In this document: positions 1 to 14,202 of the stretch, piece by piece
Numbering within the stretch: the first letter of the stretch is position 1
How the letters are laid out: each line of letters starts with the position of its first letter
Source: Chiloscyllium plagiosum
Taxonomy: Eukaryota
Assembly: GCF_004010195.1 (NCBI RefSeq)
Contig: NC_057719.1
Coordinates: 81,400,840 to 81,464,839 of the forward strand
Direction of reading: 5' to 3'
DNA length: 64,000 bases
Translations under genes and position numbers: made by a program
The notes under the pieces: model-generated
The model's database searches: none
What the model was told of the DNA's origin: nothing
Seen by the model: the letters and a program-made list of their open reading frames with translations, nothing else

Positions 1-345
1 CACCCGGACCAACCAACCCAACCGCCCTGTGGCTGAATACTTTAACTCCCCCTCCCACTCCGCCAAGGATATGCAGGTCCTTGGACTCCTCCATCACCAG
101 ACCCTGACCACATGATGCTTGGAGGAAGAGCGCCTCATCTTCTGCCTGGGAACCCTCCAACCACACGGGATGAATATAGATTTCTCCAGCTTCCTCATTT
201 CCCCTCCCCCCACCTTATCTCAGTCCCAACTCCCGGATTCAGCACCGCCCTCTTGACCTGCAATCTTCTTCCCGACCTCTCCGCCCCCACTCCCTCTCCG
301 GCCTATCACCCTCACCCTCACATCCTTCCACCTATCATGAACTAC
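1..345 (+). mobile_element. Penelope-like element 3' fragment (GIY-YIG endonuclease C-terminus plus pyrimidine-rich tail)
   Basis: Frame reads RTNQPNRPVAEYFNSPSHSAKDMQVLGLLH..LEEERLIFCLGTLQPHGMNIDF with stops; same sequence recurs at 4750 (+) and 37685-38150 (-). Confidence 0.85.
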
Positions 346-379
346 TTGCTCCCTGGCATAGCATTCTAAGTAAAATTGA

Positions 380-1830
380 GAAATGGGACATAAATAGACA
401 GAGTAGGGGATAAAAGATTCATTCTGCAGTTGGCAGAATGTGCTGTTTCCCAGTGATTACTATTGGGGCCACAGTTTTTCACAATATATACTAATGAATG
501 ATTAGAGAGTGTCTCCAAGTTTGCAGATAACAGTAAGGTTACAAAGCGCACAGCCAAAACAATGACTGGTGAGCCCAGTGCTGGAAATGTATGAGATCAT
601 CCATTTTGGATCCTCAGCCTCTCTACTTTGCTCTTTTAAGAGCTGCAAAGGGTGCTGGTCAGGCCACACCTGGAGTACTGAGTGCAGTTTTGATCTTCTT
701 ACTTGAGAAAGAATGTACTGGAACTGGAGGGAGTCAGAGGAGATTCACTTGGTTGATTCCTAAGTTGAGAGGGTTGGCTTATGAGGAAAGACTGAGTAGA
801 CTGGGAATATATTCATTGGAATTTAGAAGAATGAGGGGGTACTAATAGAAACATAAAAAATTATTAAGGGAATAGATAGGATAGAAGCAAGGAGGATGTT
901 TCCACTGGTGGGTGAAACTAGAACAAGAGGGCATAGCCTCAAAATTAGGGGGAGCAAATTTCGGACTGAATTGAGGAGGAACTTCTTCATCCAAAGAGTT
1001 TTGAATCTGTGGAATTTCTTGCCCAATGAAGTAGATGAGGCTTCCTCATTGAATGTTTTTAAAGCTAAGATAGATTATTTTTTTGAACAGTAAAGGAATT
1101 AAGGGTTATGATGAGAGGTTGGGTAAGAGGAGCTGAGGCCACAGAAAGGTGAAAGTGGAAGGATTATGCACTTAGGAGACAGAAATGTCTGCATATATCC
1201 CATAAGCTGATACAAAAATAATGTAATATTGACCTTTATTTCAAAATGTTTGGAATTCAAAAGTAAAAAATGATGCTTCAATTCCATAAACCTTTCACAG
1301 ATACCATCTGTGACAATGTGTTCAGGTGTCAACACCAAAGCTCAGGAATGATATGTTGGATTTGTAGAGGCTACGGTATGTTTTCTGAGAATGAGTTAAG
1401 GCAGAAATGGTTAAGTTATGAAGACAGGTTGCATAAAATTAGCTTTAATTCTGCTGAGTTCAGAATGTTGTCAGGAAATCTAATTAAGGTCTTTAATTTG
1501 ATAAAAGGATTCAATAGGGTAAATACAGAGAAGATATTTCCATCTGGTGGAGGATAGCAGAACAAGAAATCATAATCTTCAAATTTGAACTAGGCCTTTT
1601 AGGAGTATAAAAAGGAAGTTTTTTTTTCACACAATTATATGTGGATATCTCTTTGGCAAATTGCTCGAGATGTCGGGCTGAACTAAGATTTGAGAGTAAG
1701 GTTGATTTTTGTTATTATCAGAGATGGGTAATTATCAGAGATGGGAAACAGTGGTTGAGGTACAGATCGTCTATGATCTAACTGAATGACAGAACAGACT
1801 TGAGGGACTAAATGGCTACTCTTATTCCTA
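380..1830 (+). mobile_element. Two consecutive decayed CR1/HER1-type LINE 3' fragments
   Basis: QRRFTWLIPKLRGLAYEERLSRLGIYSLEFRRMRG and TRGHSLKIRGSKFRTELRRNFFIQRVLNLWN; second copy LSYEDRLHK..EFRMLSGNLIKVF. Confidence 0.85.
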
Positions 1831-2289
1831 TAAAAATTAGATGGAAATCTTAGACAATATGAAAGGACTTAAGACAATAAATCCTTAGAAATATATATAT
1901 TAGTAAATGGAATACAATAATGTCAATTATTAGGACAAACCTAATGCTTACCTATGTATAGCAATTTACTAACCATAATGGTGGAATTATATTTTAAAAA
2001 ATGTTGCCTAGCTTTCAAAAAGCTGGTTCATTTACTGCAGTGCTTTAATTATAAAATGCATTAACTTAAAATGGAAAATCCCACCTGAGAACTGGTTTAT
2101 ATTTACACAAATGTAGGACAAAGGAATTTGGTAAAGCTGGCAAAACTCAAGTTTAAACCTGATTTTAGGAAAGGCTTCTTCACACGTAAAGATATCAATG
2201 TTATTATGCTGCACATTTTAGTCTCCTTTGGATATTCTTTTGGCTAGTCTTTGATAGGTTTTGCATAGATCACTAGTTCACATTCAGCT

Positions 2290-3110
2290 GGAGTGCTCCA
2301 ATTCTAGGTGCTGCATTTTAGGATGGATGTGAAAGTATTGGAGAGAGTACAGTCAAGATTCATGAGAATATTTTTTCAAATTTATTTGTTCATGGAATGT
2401 GGGTATTGCTGGCAAGGCTAGCATTTATTACCCGTTCTAATTGTCCAGAGGATAGTTAAAAGTGGGTTTCGAGTCACATGTAGGATTGACCAGATAAAGA
2501 TTACAGATTTCATTTCTTCAAAGGCATTCATGAACTAGATGGATTTTTATGACAGTTTTGGTTACACACTCACCTTTAGGCTAGATTTCTATTTAGAATA
2601 TTTTTTGAACGTAAATTTGACCATCTGCCATTGCGATTCAAACCAATGTCCCCAAACCATTTGCCTGGAGTACTAGTCCAATGACAGTACTAATACTCCA
2701 CTTTCCCCAGAAATGAAGTATTTCAATTGTAAAGACAGATTTGGAGAATTTAGGACTGTTTTCCCCAGTGAAAAGAAGACTGAGAGAAGATTTGATTGAA
2801 GATCAAGCTTAGGTAGAAACTATTCCCACTTCTGACAAAATTGACAGCAAAAAGGCACATATTTAAAGTAATTGGTAAAAGAAGCAAAACAACATGAAGA
2901 AGAACATTTTCATGCACAAGTTGTCGAGGTCTAGAATCCATTCCCTCAAAGACAGGTTTGATTGAAACATTCAAAGGGAATTTGACTTTTTTTTGCCAAA
3001 GCAGAATCTACTGAGTTTTGGAAAGAAAGCAAAAGAATAGCACCAGACAAGTTGCTAATTTAAGTTCTGCAGACATGATGAACCAAATGACCTCCTTTCA
3101 CTTTAGCAAT
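2290..3110 (+). mobile_element. Decayed CR1 3' fragment interrupted by an antisense Deu-type SINE (~2380-2705)
   Basis: CR1 C-terminal remnants on both sides; the insert resembles the reverse complement of the SINE at 30450-30965 and matches 25815-26150. Confidence 0.6.
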
Positions 3111-3679
3111 TCACTTTTTCTATCTCGCTGTTCTTTTATTTGAGGTGACTATGATCAGTTAGATTTAAATGCAGTTTTCATCAAAAACATTAAAACTTCC
3201 AGATGAATTATTTTAACTGTGCATTGTCTTGTCAAATAGCTATGAGAAATCTATTTCATAGACAACAGATTGATGCTTTACATATTATTGGGCATCTGAT
3301 ATTTTATTTAAACCAGTACCAGATTTGATGTCCCAGGGTGATATTGGAAATTTGTTTATGTTTTATGAGTAGACATAGTGAACATCGAGGAACATTAGCT
3401 TCCCTTCTGTTTACAAGGATCAGGAATTATGTTAATTTTCCTGAGGGCAAAAATCGTTAGCTTGGAAAGTTTTTTTCTTTAGCTGTTCACAAAGCTCCTG
3501 TTGGAAGTTAAATGTGTGAAACTGTTTCTCTTGAAGAAAGGAGATATTTTAACTGTTGGGAACTAGGTTACCTCAGAGTAAGAATTGCAATCCTAGTTTT
3601 AAAAATCTGGATCTTCAAATTATCTCACTGCCTCTAGCCTCCCCAACAAGAGGAGGCATCATCTCAACCTTCACACTGG

Positions 3680-5790
3680 TCCCATAAGGATCAGAAAAAT
3701 CCAATTGACAGAAGTAGCCACAAGGAAGAATTCATGGATTGTATTTGGGATAGTTTCCTAGAATTAGGAGTATATATTACTAAATGGAATACAATAATGT
3801 TATTAGGAAAATAGTTTTCTAGATATATTATGGATCAAACCAAACATCAGGCCACTTTGTATCTGGTAATGTGTAATGAGGCTTAAAGTAAAAGATCACC
3901 TTGGGAACATGGTAACAACATAGCATTTAGTTTGAGAATGGGAATCTCGATCTGGAAACAACTATGCTAAGCCTAAACAAGGGTAATTACATGGGAATGA
4001 GGGCAGAGTTGGCTGGAGTGGACTGGTACAGGAATTTAGCAACAAAGACAGTTGACGAAAAATGGCAGATATTTAAAATAATAACCCATGACTCACAGCA
4101 AAGATATATCGAATGAGAAAGAAGGATTCCAAAAGGGGATAAATCGCCCATGGTTAATCAGGAAATTGAAGCATAGTATCCAAAAGAAAGGAAAAACATA
4201 TAACATGGCAAATGATTAGTGGTAAATCAGAGGATTTGGAAAGTTTTAAAAAGCCAACAAAAGATGGCTAAAAACAAAATAAAGGAAAAAGTAGACAATA
4301 AGGACAAACTTGCAAGTAATGTAAAAACAGATGGCAACAGTGAACATAGGCCTCTTCAAGAATAAGGCTATGCAAATAATCATACAGAATTTGAAAATAG
4401 CAAGCATTGGACAAATAATTTGCATCAATCTTTGTAGTGGAAAAAAAACTAAGTAATCATGGAGCTAAAAGGGGACAAGAAATTAAAACACTAACTATCA
4501 CTAGAGTCAAAGTACTAAGCAAACAAGACTAAAGACTGGTAAGCCCTATGGACCAGGCACCCTCATTCAAAAAGGGAGAGAAACAAAAAAAACAATTAAT
4601 TATAGTCCAGTTATCTTAACATCATTGTGAAAATGTTAGAGTTTATTATGATGAATATAATAGCAGCGCATTTAGAAATACATAATAGAATCAAACAGTT
4701 AGCATGACTTCATGAAGGGGAAATCATACCTTGACAAATTTATTATAGAGCGCTTCAAGAGAAAATCTCCGGGACACCCGCACCAACCAACCCCACCGCC
4801 CTATGACCGAACACTTCAACTCCCTCTTCTGCCTTGGGACCCTCCAACACACAGCATCAATAGGGATTTCACCAGTTTCCTCATTTCCCCTCCCACCCAC
4901 CTTGTCCCAGTTCCACCCTCATGACCTGTCCTACCTGTCCATCTTCTCACCTATCCGCTCTACCCTCCTCTCCAACCTATCACTGTTACCCTCACTTCTA
5001 TCTACCTATCGCACTCTCAGCTACCTCCCCCCCAGTCCCAGCCCCTCTTATTTATTTCTGATGAAAGCCTCTTGTCCAAAATGTCCATTCTCCTGCTCCT
5101 CATTTGCTGCCTTAACTGCCGTGCTTTTCCAGCACCCCACTCTCGACTCTGATCTTCAGTATCTGCGCCCACAAGCCTCTTGCCTGATCGAAACGTCGAT
5201 TCTCCTGCTCCTCATTTGCTGCCTTACCTGCCGTGCTTTTCCAGCACCCCACTCTCGACTCTGATCTTCAGTATCTGCAGTCCTCACATTCTCATATACA
5301 AGGCACTAGCCAGACTACAGCTGTAATACTGTGAACAATTTTTGTACCATTATCTGATGAAAAATATCTTGGCATGAGAGGCAGTCCAGAGAAAGTTCAG
5401 GTTGATCCTGACTGTGGAAGGATTTTCTTATGAGGAGAGGTTGAGTAGTTTGGACCTGTACTCATTTGAGTTTATCGAAATGAGATAACATTGAAACATA
5501 AAGGATTCTTCAGGGGTTTGATAGGGTAGATATGGAGAGATTGTTTCTCTTTGTCGTAGAGTTTAAGATAAGAGGGCATAATCCTAGAGTAAGAAGTCGT
5601 CCATTTAAGACAAAGATGAAGATTTTTTTTTTCCTTCAGAGGGTGGTGTATCTGTGGAGTTTTAATCATTAAAGGAACTAAGGACTATGGGGATAAAACA
5701 GGAAAATGGAATTGAGGATTATTAAATCAGCATCTCATTGAATGACGGAGTTGATTTGATGGGCTCTATGGCCTACATCTTCTCCTATGC
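3680..5790 (+). mobile_element. Decayed CR1 ORF2 (endonuclease end, RT, 3' end) interrupted by a Penelope fragment
   Basis: Remnants such as HDFMKGKSYL (QHGF-KGKSCL motif), NYSPVILT and the 3' region FSYEERLS. Confidence 0.75.
4750..5295 (+). mobile_element. Penelope 3' fragment with tandemly duplicated pseudo-LTR segment
   Basis: EHFNS..CLGTLQH; ~78-bp segment TTCTCCTGCTCCTCATTTGCTGCC..CAGTATCTGC present twice (~5089-5166, ~5200-5278). Confidence 0.8.
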
Positions 5791-5899
5791 CTTATGGTCT
5801 TACGATCTTAAGTGTTTTAATGGCTGACATATTTCCATCCCATGAATGATGTGGGCAATGACAAGTCAGTTGGGAAATTATGGAAAGATCAGAAAAATG

Positions 5900-6312
5900 A
5901 TCAATAGGGAGAGTTGAATAGGCTGGGGCTGTTTTCCCTGGAGTGTCGGAGGCTGACAGGCAACCTTATAGAGGTTTATAAAATTATGAGGGTCATGGAT
6001 AGGATAAATAGACAAAGTCTTTTCCCTGGGGTCATGGGAGTCCAGAACTAGAGGGCATAGGTTTAGGGTGAGAGGGGAAAGATATAAAAGAGACCTAAGA
6101 GGCAACTTTTTCACACAGAGGGTGGTGTGTGTGTGGAACGAGCTGCCAGAGGAAGTGGTGGAGGCTGGTACATTTGCGACATTTATAAGGCATCTGGATG
6201 GGTACATGAATAGGAAGGGTTTGGAGGGATGTGGGCCGTGTGTTGGCAGGTGGGACTAGATTGGGTTGGGATATCTGGTCAGCATGGATTAGTTGGACCA
6301 ATGACTCTATGA
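5900..6312 (+). mobile_element. CR1/HER1 3' end
   Basis: LNRLGLFSLECRRLTGNLIEVYKIMRVMDRI..TRGHRFRVRGERYKRDLRGNFFTQRVVCVWNELPEEVV; ends in ATGACTCTATGA. Confidence 0.9.
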
Positions 6313-6624
6313 CATTCTCAACAACTAGAAAACTTTGATTTTCCACCCAAGGTCTAAATGGCAAAATATGACTTTCGCTACTGAGTGAAAGGAAACCTAT
6401 TTGCTTGCACATAATCTCACTAATACCTATTCTTGCCTCATTTAAACGCAATTTTGCTTTCTCCTACACAGCAGAGAGAAACCTTGTATTTTGGTGCCAC
6501 CGACAATTTATTTCGTAAAGTTACTGTCAGGCCAGTTTAGACACAGGATAGGTATCCACCTCATGCTTTAGAGAAGGGTGCATTCAGGGCGTTTGTTATC
6601 TCATTAGCACTCAGTCACTTCATG

Positions 6625-7030
6625 TCTAGAGTCGTAGAAATGTACAGCATGGAAATAGACTCTTCAGTACAACTCGTCCATGCTGACCAGATGTACTGAG
6701 TTAATCTAGTCTCATTTCTGAGCACTTGGCCTATGTCCTTCTAAACCCTTCCTATTTACATAGCCATCCAGATAGCTTTCAAATGTTGTAATTGTACCTA
6801 CTTCCACCATGTCCTCTGGCAGTTCATTCCATACATGCACCACCCTCTGCATGAAAACGTTGCCCCTTACACCCTTTTTAAATTTTTCTCCTCTGACCTT
6901 AAACCTTTGCCTTCTAGTCCTGGAGCTCTATTTACCCTATCCATGCCCCTCATGATTTTATAAATCTCATTCTCCAATGCTCTGGGGAACACTCCCTCCA
7001 ACCCTAGCAACATCCTTGTAAAACTTGAAC
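6625..7030 (-). mobile_element. CR1/HER1 3' end (antisense)
   Basis: Reverse-complement similarity to 5900-6312; TRMLLGLEG..EIYKIMRGMDRVN. Confidence 0.85.
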
Positions 7031-7189
7031 ATTTCTGCCTTGCCATGTCTGTTTCCAAATTGCTGCCCCATTCAGAAGTCACAGGCCCACAGTATTTACG
7101 TCTTTTAGTGCAGACACAATCTCAGGCAGCTTGTCATGGTTGGCAACAATGATCAGTCAAGGGGTCAAAATGTTTCTGTTATGTCATTT

Positions 7190-7401
7190 GATTAGATGAG
7201 ATTACTTACAGTGTGGAAACAGGCCCTTCGGCCCAACAAGTCCACACCGGCCCACCGAAGCGTAACCCACCCATTCCCGTACATTTACCCCTTTTACCTA
7301 ACACTACGGGCAATTTGGCTTGGCCAATTCACCTGACGTGCACATCTTTGGACTGTGGGAGGAAACCGGAGCACCCGGAGGAAACCCACGCAGACACGGG
7401 G
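7190..7401 (-). mobile_element. HE1-type V-SINE, 5'-truncated
   Basis: V-domain core CCCGTGTCTGCGTGGGTTTCCTCCGGGTGCTCCGGTTTCCTCCCACAGTCCAAAGATGTGC on - strand plus CR1-like tail. Confidence 0.9.
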
Positions 7402-8170
7402 TGCTAAGAATGGGTAGCCTGTGTAGTTTGATAATTGTAGCTGCACAACAATGACAGTCAATCAGACAGGTGCTTATGTAAAATATAAATACATTTACAA
7501 ATGTGAGCTTGTGTTTGCAAGAGAGTGTTACACATACTACCTAAGTGCTCTCAAACATTTTTCCTATTGTTTCCCTCCTACTGTGTGTACTGTGAAGGGC
7601 AATTTGTTGCTGGTAGCGATTGATTTGATGCACAACTGGGCTTTAAATATGATGTTGGTGGTGGAAATCCTGGAAGGTCCAAGGAGTGATGAGTACTTCC
7701 ATTGCTGGTAACTGCAAATGTCATAGAAGTGAGTTGCATACATAGTGAGATGAGCAGCATAAAATTGAATGAAATAACACGCTAAATAGAGAGAAACTCT
7801 CCATGAAACTCTCCAAAATTGACATTTAGCTGATTTTTGGTAAAACTCAGCCCAGAACGATCACACGTAATCCTTCTGAATTCCATTAAATATATAGCCA
7901 ACTCACTCATTCTGTTCTCACAAGTTGTATGAACCTTCTCTGAACTTCTAATGCAATTATACCCTTTCTTAAATAGGGAAAACAAAATTATACAGACTCC
8001 CAGTAAGTTTAACTAAGGTCCTGATGATTATTATGTATTCTACATGAATTGGATTTGCTAGTGTCAATTGATTTAAATGGATTCAAGTTGTCAGGATGGG
8101 ATTCTATTTTAATTATCATCCATTAATATTATTTTGGAATGGTTACATTGATAGATTGCAAGGATGGAAT

Positions 8171-8484
8171 CAGTGGTTAGCACTGCAGCCTCACAGTGCC
8201 AGGGACCCGGGTGCGATCCCAGCCTTGGGTGACTGTCTATGTGGAGTTTGCACATTTTCCCTGTGTCAGCGTGGGTTTACTCTGGGTGCTCCGGTTTCCT
8301 CCCACAGTCCAAAGATGTGCACGTCAGGCGAATTGGTCATGCTGAATTGCCCATAGTGTTAGGTGCATTAGTCAGAGGGAAATAGTTCTGGGTGGGCTAC
8401 TCTTTGGAAGGTCGGTGTAGACTTGTTGAGCCAAAGGGCCTGTTTCCACACCGTAGGAAATCTAATCTAATCTAATCTAATCTA
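8171..8484 (+). mobile_element. HE1-type V-SINE
   Basis: tRNA-like head CAGTGGTTAGCACTG..GGGTGCGATCCC, V-domain, (ATCTA)n tail. Confidence 0.9.
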
Positions 8485-9669
8485 ACGTGTGCTTTGGATT
8501 AGAATATTATTGAGGATATAATGATTAATATAGAATGAAAAAGGTGCATATAAACATGTAATTTCTAACTGTCCAATTCTGTTATTGCACATTGAGAAAG
8601 ATACGTTTTTTTTTGCATTTATAGTTGTTCACTGTTCTAGACTCAGTAATTTCATTTTAAAGACAAGTATAAATTTAACCAAGGAGGAAAATCTGACCTT
8701 TGATTTTAGTTGGTACTAAGTTAAGTAATCTCCTCAAGAGTGGTAGTAGAATCACTTGACCTGATCTGGGAGAGGAAATCAGTGATAGTTTATGATCTCT
8801 AATTAGCTACTTATATGCATTTGTAGACTTGAAGATCGGAGGATTGTATTCAGTTGCAAAGCATTTTATGGTTAAATAATCTACTAATATGAACTCATAT
8901 TTGGATAATGACAGGATAGTTAATGTCTTGAAAGAGATTGCCACAAACAGAATACACAAATAGATGTGATCATTCAGTCCTTTGAGTGTGTTTAGCACTA
9001 TAGTAAGGACAAGTCTGCGCTTTCAGAAAGGGAGAAATTTGGATGAACTTAAAGATTAATCTTAAGTCAGATTGCTGGCAAAAAAGATTCATTTCAGTTA
9101 TAGAGTCATAGACTAATACAAGCATGGAAACAGGCCCTTCAGTTCAAGCATTTCCATGCTGCCTACTCAGCTAGTTCCAGTTGCCGTCATTTCATCCATA
9201 TCCCTCTAAACCCTTCCCATTCATGCAGCTATCCAAATGCTTTATAAATGTTGCTATTGCACCTGCTTCAACCACTTGCTCTGGCAGCCTATTTCATATA
9301 CGTACCATTCTCTGCATGAAGAAGTTGCCCCTCACGTCCTTTTTTTATATAATATATTTTTATTAAGAAATAATAGATTTTTAAATATTACAACAAATAC
9401 AAAATAATGCAATTCAAAACAGTACAAAAATAGTACAAAACTAAACCCAAATAATAAAAAAATTCCCCAAATCACCCTCCTATACGAATGTATAAACATA
9501 TATAGGGAAGTATAAAATTTAAAAAAAACTAAACTAGCTATTTAACTAAATAAATAAATATATAACAACAAACAAATAAATAGTAACAACTCAGCCCAGC
9601 CAAACAAAACACTCATACATTCACAGTTCCTCCTCCCTGGATATTGGACTCATGAAACACAATCGTTAC

Positions 9670-12600
9670 GGCTGTATAAAAGCCCTTGTTAGTGTGGCAG
9701 ATAAATCTGTGTCCAGGTATTTCAAAAAGGGTTGCCATGTCTTGTAAAAATTCTCAGTTTTGTGGTGTACCATATTTGTGAGAAAATCCAGGGGAATATG
9801 CTCCATAACAATCTTCCGCCAACCCAACAGGCCTTGGGGGGGGGTTTTCGGATATCCAACCTAGCAAAATACTCTTCCTTGCACAGAACATAAGAATATT
9901 GAAAAGTTTTCTCTTATGCACGTCTGCAGGAAATACAATGGGTAGACCCAAAAGGAGAGCAGTGGGGTCCTTCTCCACCCCTACACCTAAAATCCTCTTC
10001 ATTGCACCCACCACAGCGCTCCAATATGTTTGAAGACAATGGGCAAGAGTGCCCTTGCAGACCTTGCACTTGGGACATGCTGGTTTAAATTTTGACAAAC
10101 GGTCTGCGGCTAAGTGAACCCTATGGAGAATCTTTAACTGTAAGCAGGGTCCTATTGCAAATTGATATCTTCCTTGCATTCTCCCAAATATCCTCCCATG
10201 TCTCTGAAGAAACTTCAACACCCAGCTCTCTTTCCCACATCTTGCAGAGTCGATCAGACTCATCTGAGGTGGCACCCCCCCAACTGATGATATAAAGTAC
10301 TGACAGAGAATGGATTGTTAGCCCTCAGTAGCCTTTTTCTATGTCAGGTTTGTAGCGATCAGTCAAAAGTGTGGTCTTTTTGAATAAAATCCCTAACTTG
10401 AAAAAAACTAAAGCGGTCTCTATTAGGTAACTCGTACTTCCATACTAACTGATCGAAGGACATCATTACATCTCCCTCAAATAAATCACCCACGGAAGAT
10501 ATACCCCTAGCTGCCCAAATCCTGAATCTGTCACACCCGGTTGAAAACCCGGCATACCTACTAAAGGTGCAAACAAAGATGTTTTGCCAATATTACCTTC
10601 CCTCTGCCGAATTGCCCTCCATGCTTTAACAGTATTGGTGACTATTGGGTTATGGCAATATTCCCTAATTGTCCTCACCTTGTCCAAAACCAGCAAACTG
10701 GTAAGGGGGCACCTTGCCTGGGAGGCTTCGATATCTAGCCATATTGAAAGAGGGTCCCCACAAACCCAATCACTCACGTAGGTCAAAAGCGAGCTTAATT
10801 GGTAATTTTTAATGTCCGGAAGGTCTACTCCCTCCAGTCCGTGAGGCAACTGCAGTTTGGCTAATTTAATGAGGGGCCGTTTACAGTGCCAGATAAAGGA
10901 GCTGAACCAACCGTTCAGTCTCCTGAGTGTTTGTTTATTGAAAATCAGGGGGAGCATCCGTATAGGGTATAGCAAACAAGGGAGAATATTTATCTTAATA
11001 TGCGCTATCAAATCCAACCGTGAGACTGGAAGTGCCTCCCATCTTTGGAGATCTTGTTTAATTTTTTCAAATAATTGAGTAAAATTGGCTTTGAACAGCC
11101 AATCCAGAACTGGAGTAATGAATATGCCCAAATACACAAACCCCCCCCGTGACCACCTAAATGGGAATCTATAGTCACTTTCAAGAGCCAACTCTTTCGT
11201 AAGACCACCCATAGGCATAGCCTCTGATTTAGCAAAATTAATCTTATACCCTGAAAAAGTGCCAAACGCGTGAATGCATTGTATGAGGCAAGGCACTGAA
11301 GCTGCTGGATTCTTCAAGAAAATTAGAACATCGTCTGCATAAAGCGAGATCCCACTTCTGGAGCTGATATATTGAGATCCCCACGAATGGCCTCTGCCAA
11401 CGGTTCAATCACCAACGTAAAAAGTAATGGTGAAAGGGGACAGCCCTGCCGGCTGCCCCTAGAAATATTAAAATTGCTTGATCGTACCCCGTTGGTAATG
11501 ACNNNNNNNNNNNNNNNNNNNNNNNNNNNNNNNNNNNNNNNNNNNNNNNNNNGATCCTTCCCTTTTTTAAGGATAAGTGAAATATTGGCCTCTCTCAGAG
11601 ATGGTGGGATGGCTGTATGAATCATTAAACATATTCAGCCTCGGGCCTGACAGTTTACTTATAAATTCCTTATAGAATTCACTGGGAAGTCCGTCAGGAC
11701 CGGGCGCCTCACTGAAGCTGCCTCACAGCTTCCTGCACTTCTTTCTCTGATAATGGGGCATTGAGAAAGGACTGTTATTCGGGAGTGACACCCGGGAGCT
11801 TCAGATCTCTAAAAAAGGATTCCATTTTGGCCTGCCCCTCCTCACAATTCTCAGACTTATATAACAATCTCTGGAACGCCACATTAATCTTTTTAGAATC
11901 ACATCTTAGATTCCCAGACCCTTCCCTAATCGCTATAATGGTTTGTGGGGCACTTCTCTTTCTGGCAAGGTATGCTAAGTATTTGCCCGGCTTGTCACCA
12001 TGCTCGTATAACCTTTGCTTTGCAAAAGCCAGCTCCTTCTTTGCCGTCTGCGTGAGCACAGAATTTAGTGCAGACCGCAGTGCCATAATCCTCTGTAGTT
12101 TGACCAACGAGGGTCTATCAAAATAGGCCTTCAACCGTGCTTCAAGGAGACGTTACTGCTCACCCTTCTGCTGCTTCCTACTGGTGGAATATGAAATAAC
12201 TAACCCCCTGGCATAAGCTTTGGCAGTTTCCCAGAGAACAGATGAGCTATCAACCGAGCCTATGTTGATGTCCAGGAATGCCTGAAATTCCCTAGAGAAA
12301 TACTCCACAAACTTACTGTCATTGAGGATAAAGGGGTCCACTTGTCAGTACCTTGAATCCACTGTAACGTCCTTAGTCTTAACCATGAGGTAGACTGGAG
12401 CATGATCAGAGATGGCAATATTACCAATCGTACAGGATGCCACCAGATCCAGGGTTACCGCAGGGGTCAGAAAAAAATCAATCCTCGTGTGACATCTGTG
12501 CGGATTGGAGAAAAACGTGAAATCCCTACCTGTCGGGTGGACACACCTCCAGACGTCCAACAACCCTAATTCCCCACACAAACCCAATAACTGTTTAGTT

Positions 12601-13088
12601 TGTGCAGAGGGTATCGAGGGACTTTTAGGCAACCTGTTCTACTGTGAGGTCCATGAGGCAGTTAAAATCTCCCCCTATAATGATGTGCCGAGACTTGAGA
12701 CTTATCAGTTTAGAAAAAGCATCTACCAAGAATTTAAAAGGATGTGCTGGGGGACAATAAACATTTAAAATACCATATTCTTCCCCATTTATCAAGGCTT
12801 TAAGAATTACAAACCTCCCGGATGTTTCTTTAACACATTCCAACAATTTAAATGAGAGATTTTTCCTAACCAATATAGCCACTCCCCTACTTCTGGTATT
12901 AAATGATGAAAAATAAACTCGGTCAAAGCCATTCTGCTGTAATTTCAGATGTAATCCAAATGTGTCTCCTGCCACAAAGCAATATCCACCTTCTCCTTTC
13001 TAAGACTCAAGAGTACCTTCTTCCTCTTAATTGGTGAGTGACTTCCCTTGATATTCCAGGTACACTATTTAATCAAATCATTAGCCAT
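9670..13088 (-). pseudogene. L1 ORF2p (APE endonuclease, RT, Cys-rich C-terminus), frameshifted
   Basis: TWNIKG, SRGVAILV, NVYCP, IIGGDFN, TRIDFFL, ISDHAPV, RGSRQGCPLSPLLF, YADD region, FGTFSGYKINFAKSE, CPKCKVCKGTLAHCL. Confidence 0.9.
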
Positions 13089-13399
13089 AATCTTCTGCAA
13101 TTACATTTAAATTCCAGAGAGAAGGAAGCCGAACCACAAATTGCTGAGCCTTAGTGTCACATGGTCCACCAAACATAAAAACTGCATAAATTAAAACCAC
13201 TAACATTTAACAAACATACAAAATTATTCAAAATAAAAAACAACAAAAACCAGAAAACAAACCAACATATAAAGCGCCAATAGCGCTGAGTTGGGGAACT
13301 CACCCCCTGCCCGGAGGGGGCAACTACCCATCCCGAACTGCCCATAAATAGGCTTCTAACCATCTCAACCACCTTCACTTCTCCCAGCTAGAGCCGCAT

Positions 13400-14202
13400 C
13401 GCAAGCACAAGCTAAAANNNTCCGATGTGTCAAAGAGATGCATGGATCCATCTAAGGTGATCCGAAGCACTGCCGGATATCTCAGGGAGTACTGAATCCC
13501 AAGCTCCTTCAGTCTTCTCTTGACACCATCATACAATTTTCGTTTCTGGATCACCGCTGCTGGAAAGTCCTGAAAAAACATGATCTTAGACCCCTTGTAA
13601 ATTAGGGCCTTTGGATCCTTCCCCTAGAGTCTGGAAGCCTCCATGACTCTCTCCTTATCCCAGTAATGATGGAACCGCACCAGGAAAGGACGAGGGCATT
13701 GACCCAGACTCGACCTCTGCGCTGCGACCCAGTGAGCCCTCTCTATCTTCAATCCTCTCATGCCAGTCTCCAAGTCAAGGAATTTCGGAAGCCAATCTTC
13801 AACAAATTCCTCAGGCCACTCATCTTCCTTACCCTCAAGCAGACCGATGATCCAAATGTTTTTTCTCCTGCCCCTGTTTTCAAGATCATCCACTTGGTCA
13901 CGCAAATAACAAACCTGCATCTTCAGGGCTAGGATCTCATCCATGAATGAACTGGCATCAGCTTCCACCTTTGTGACCCTGTGCTCCATCTCATCCGTCA
14001 TCTTCTCCAGATCTCCCAGCTGCTGCTCTTGCTTCTGCAGCATGAGAGAGACTGGAGCCAGCTTCTCTTCAATCTGTTTCCCCAGCATCTTGCGAAATTT
14101 CGAGAGCTGGTTCACCAGATCCTGGAGAGTAATCAGCTCCGAGGCTGCTGCAGGCTGAGCTGCAGACCCGGCCTCGGATGCTCCCCCTCCCTTTTTAGGC
14201 AT
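13400..14202 (-). pseudogene. L1 ORF1p (coiled coil, RRM, CTD) with one premature stop near 13624
   Basis: VDDLENRGRRKNIWIIGLLEGKE, LKIERAH, PRPFLVRFHHY, then IMFFQDFPAAVIQKRKLY..YSLRYPAVLRIT. Confidence 0.88.

Noticed and set aside
3483..3577. Exon-like segment with good splice sites
   Set aside because: Stops in all three frames; no supporting evidence.
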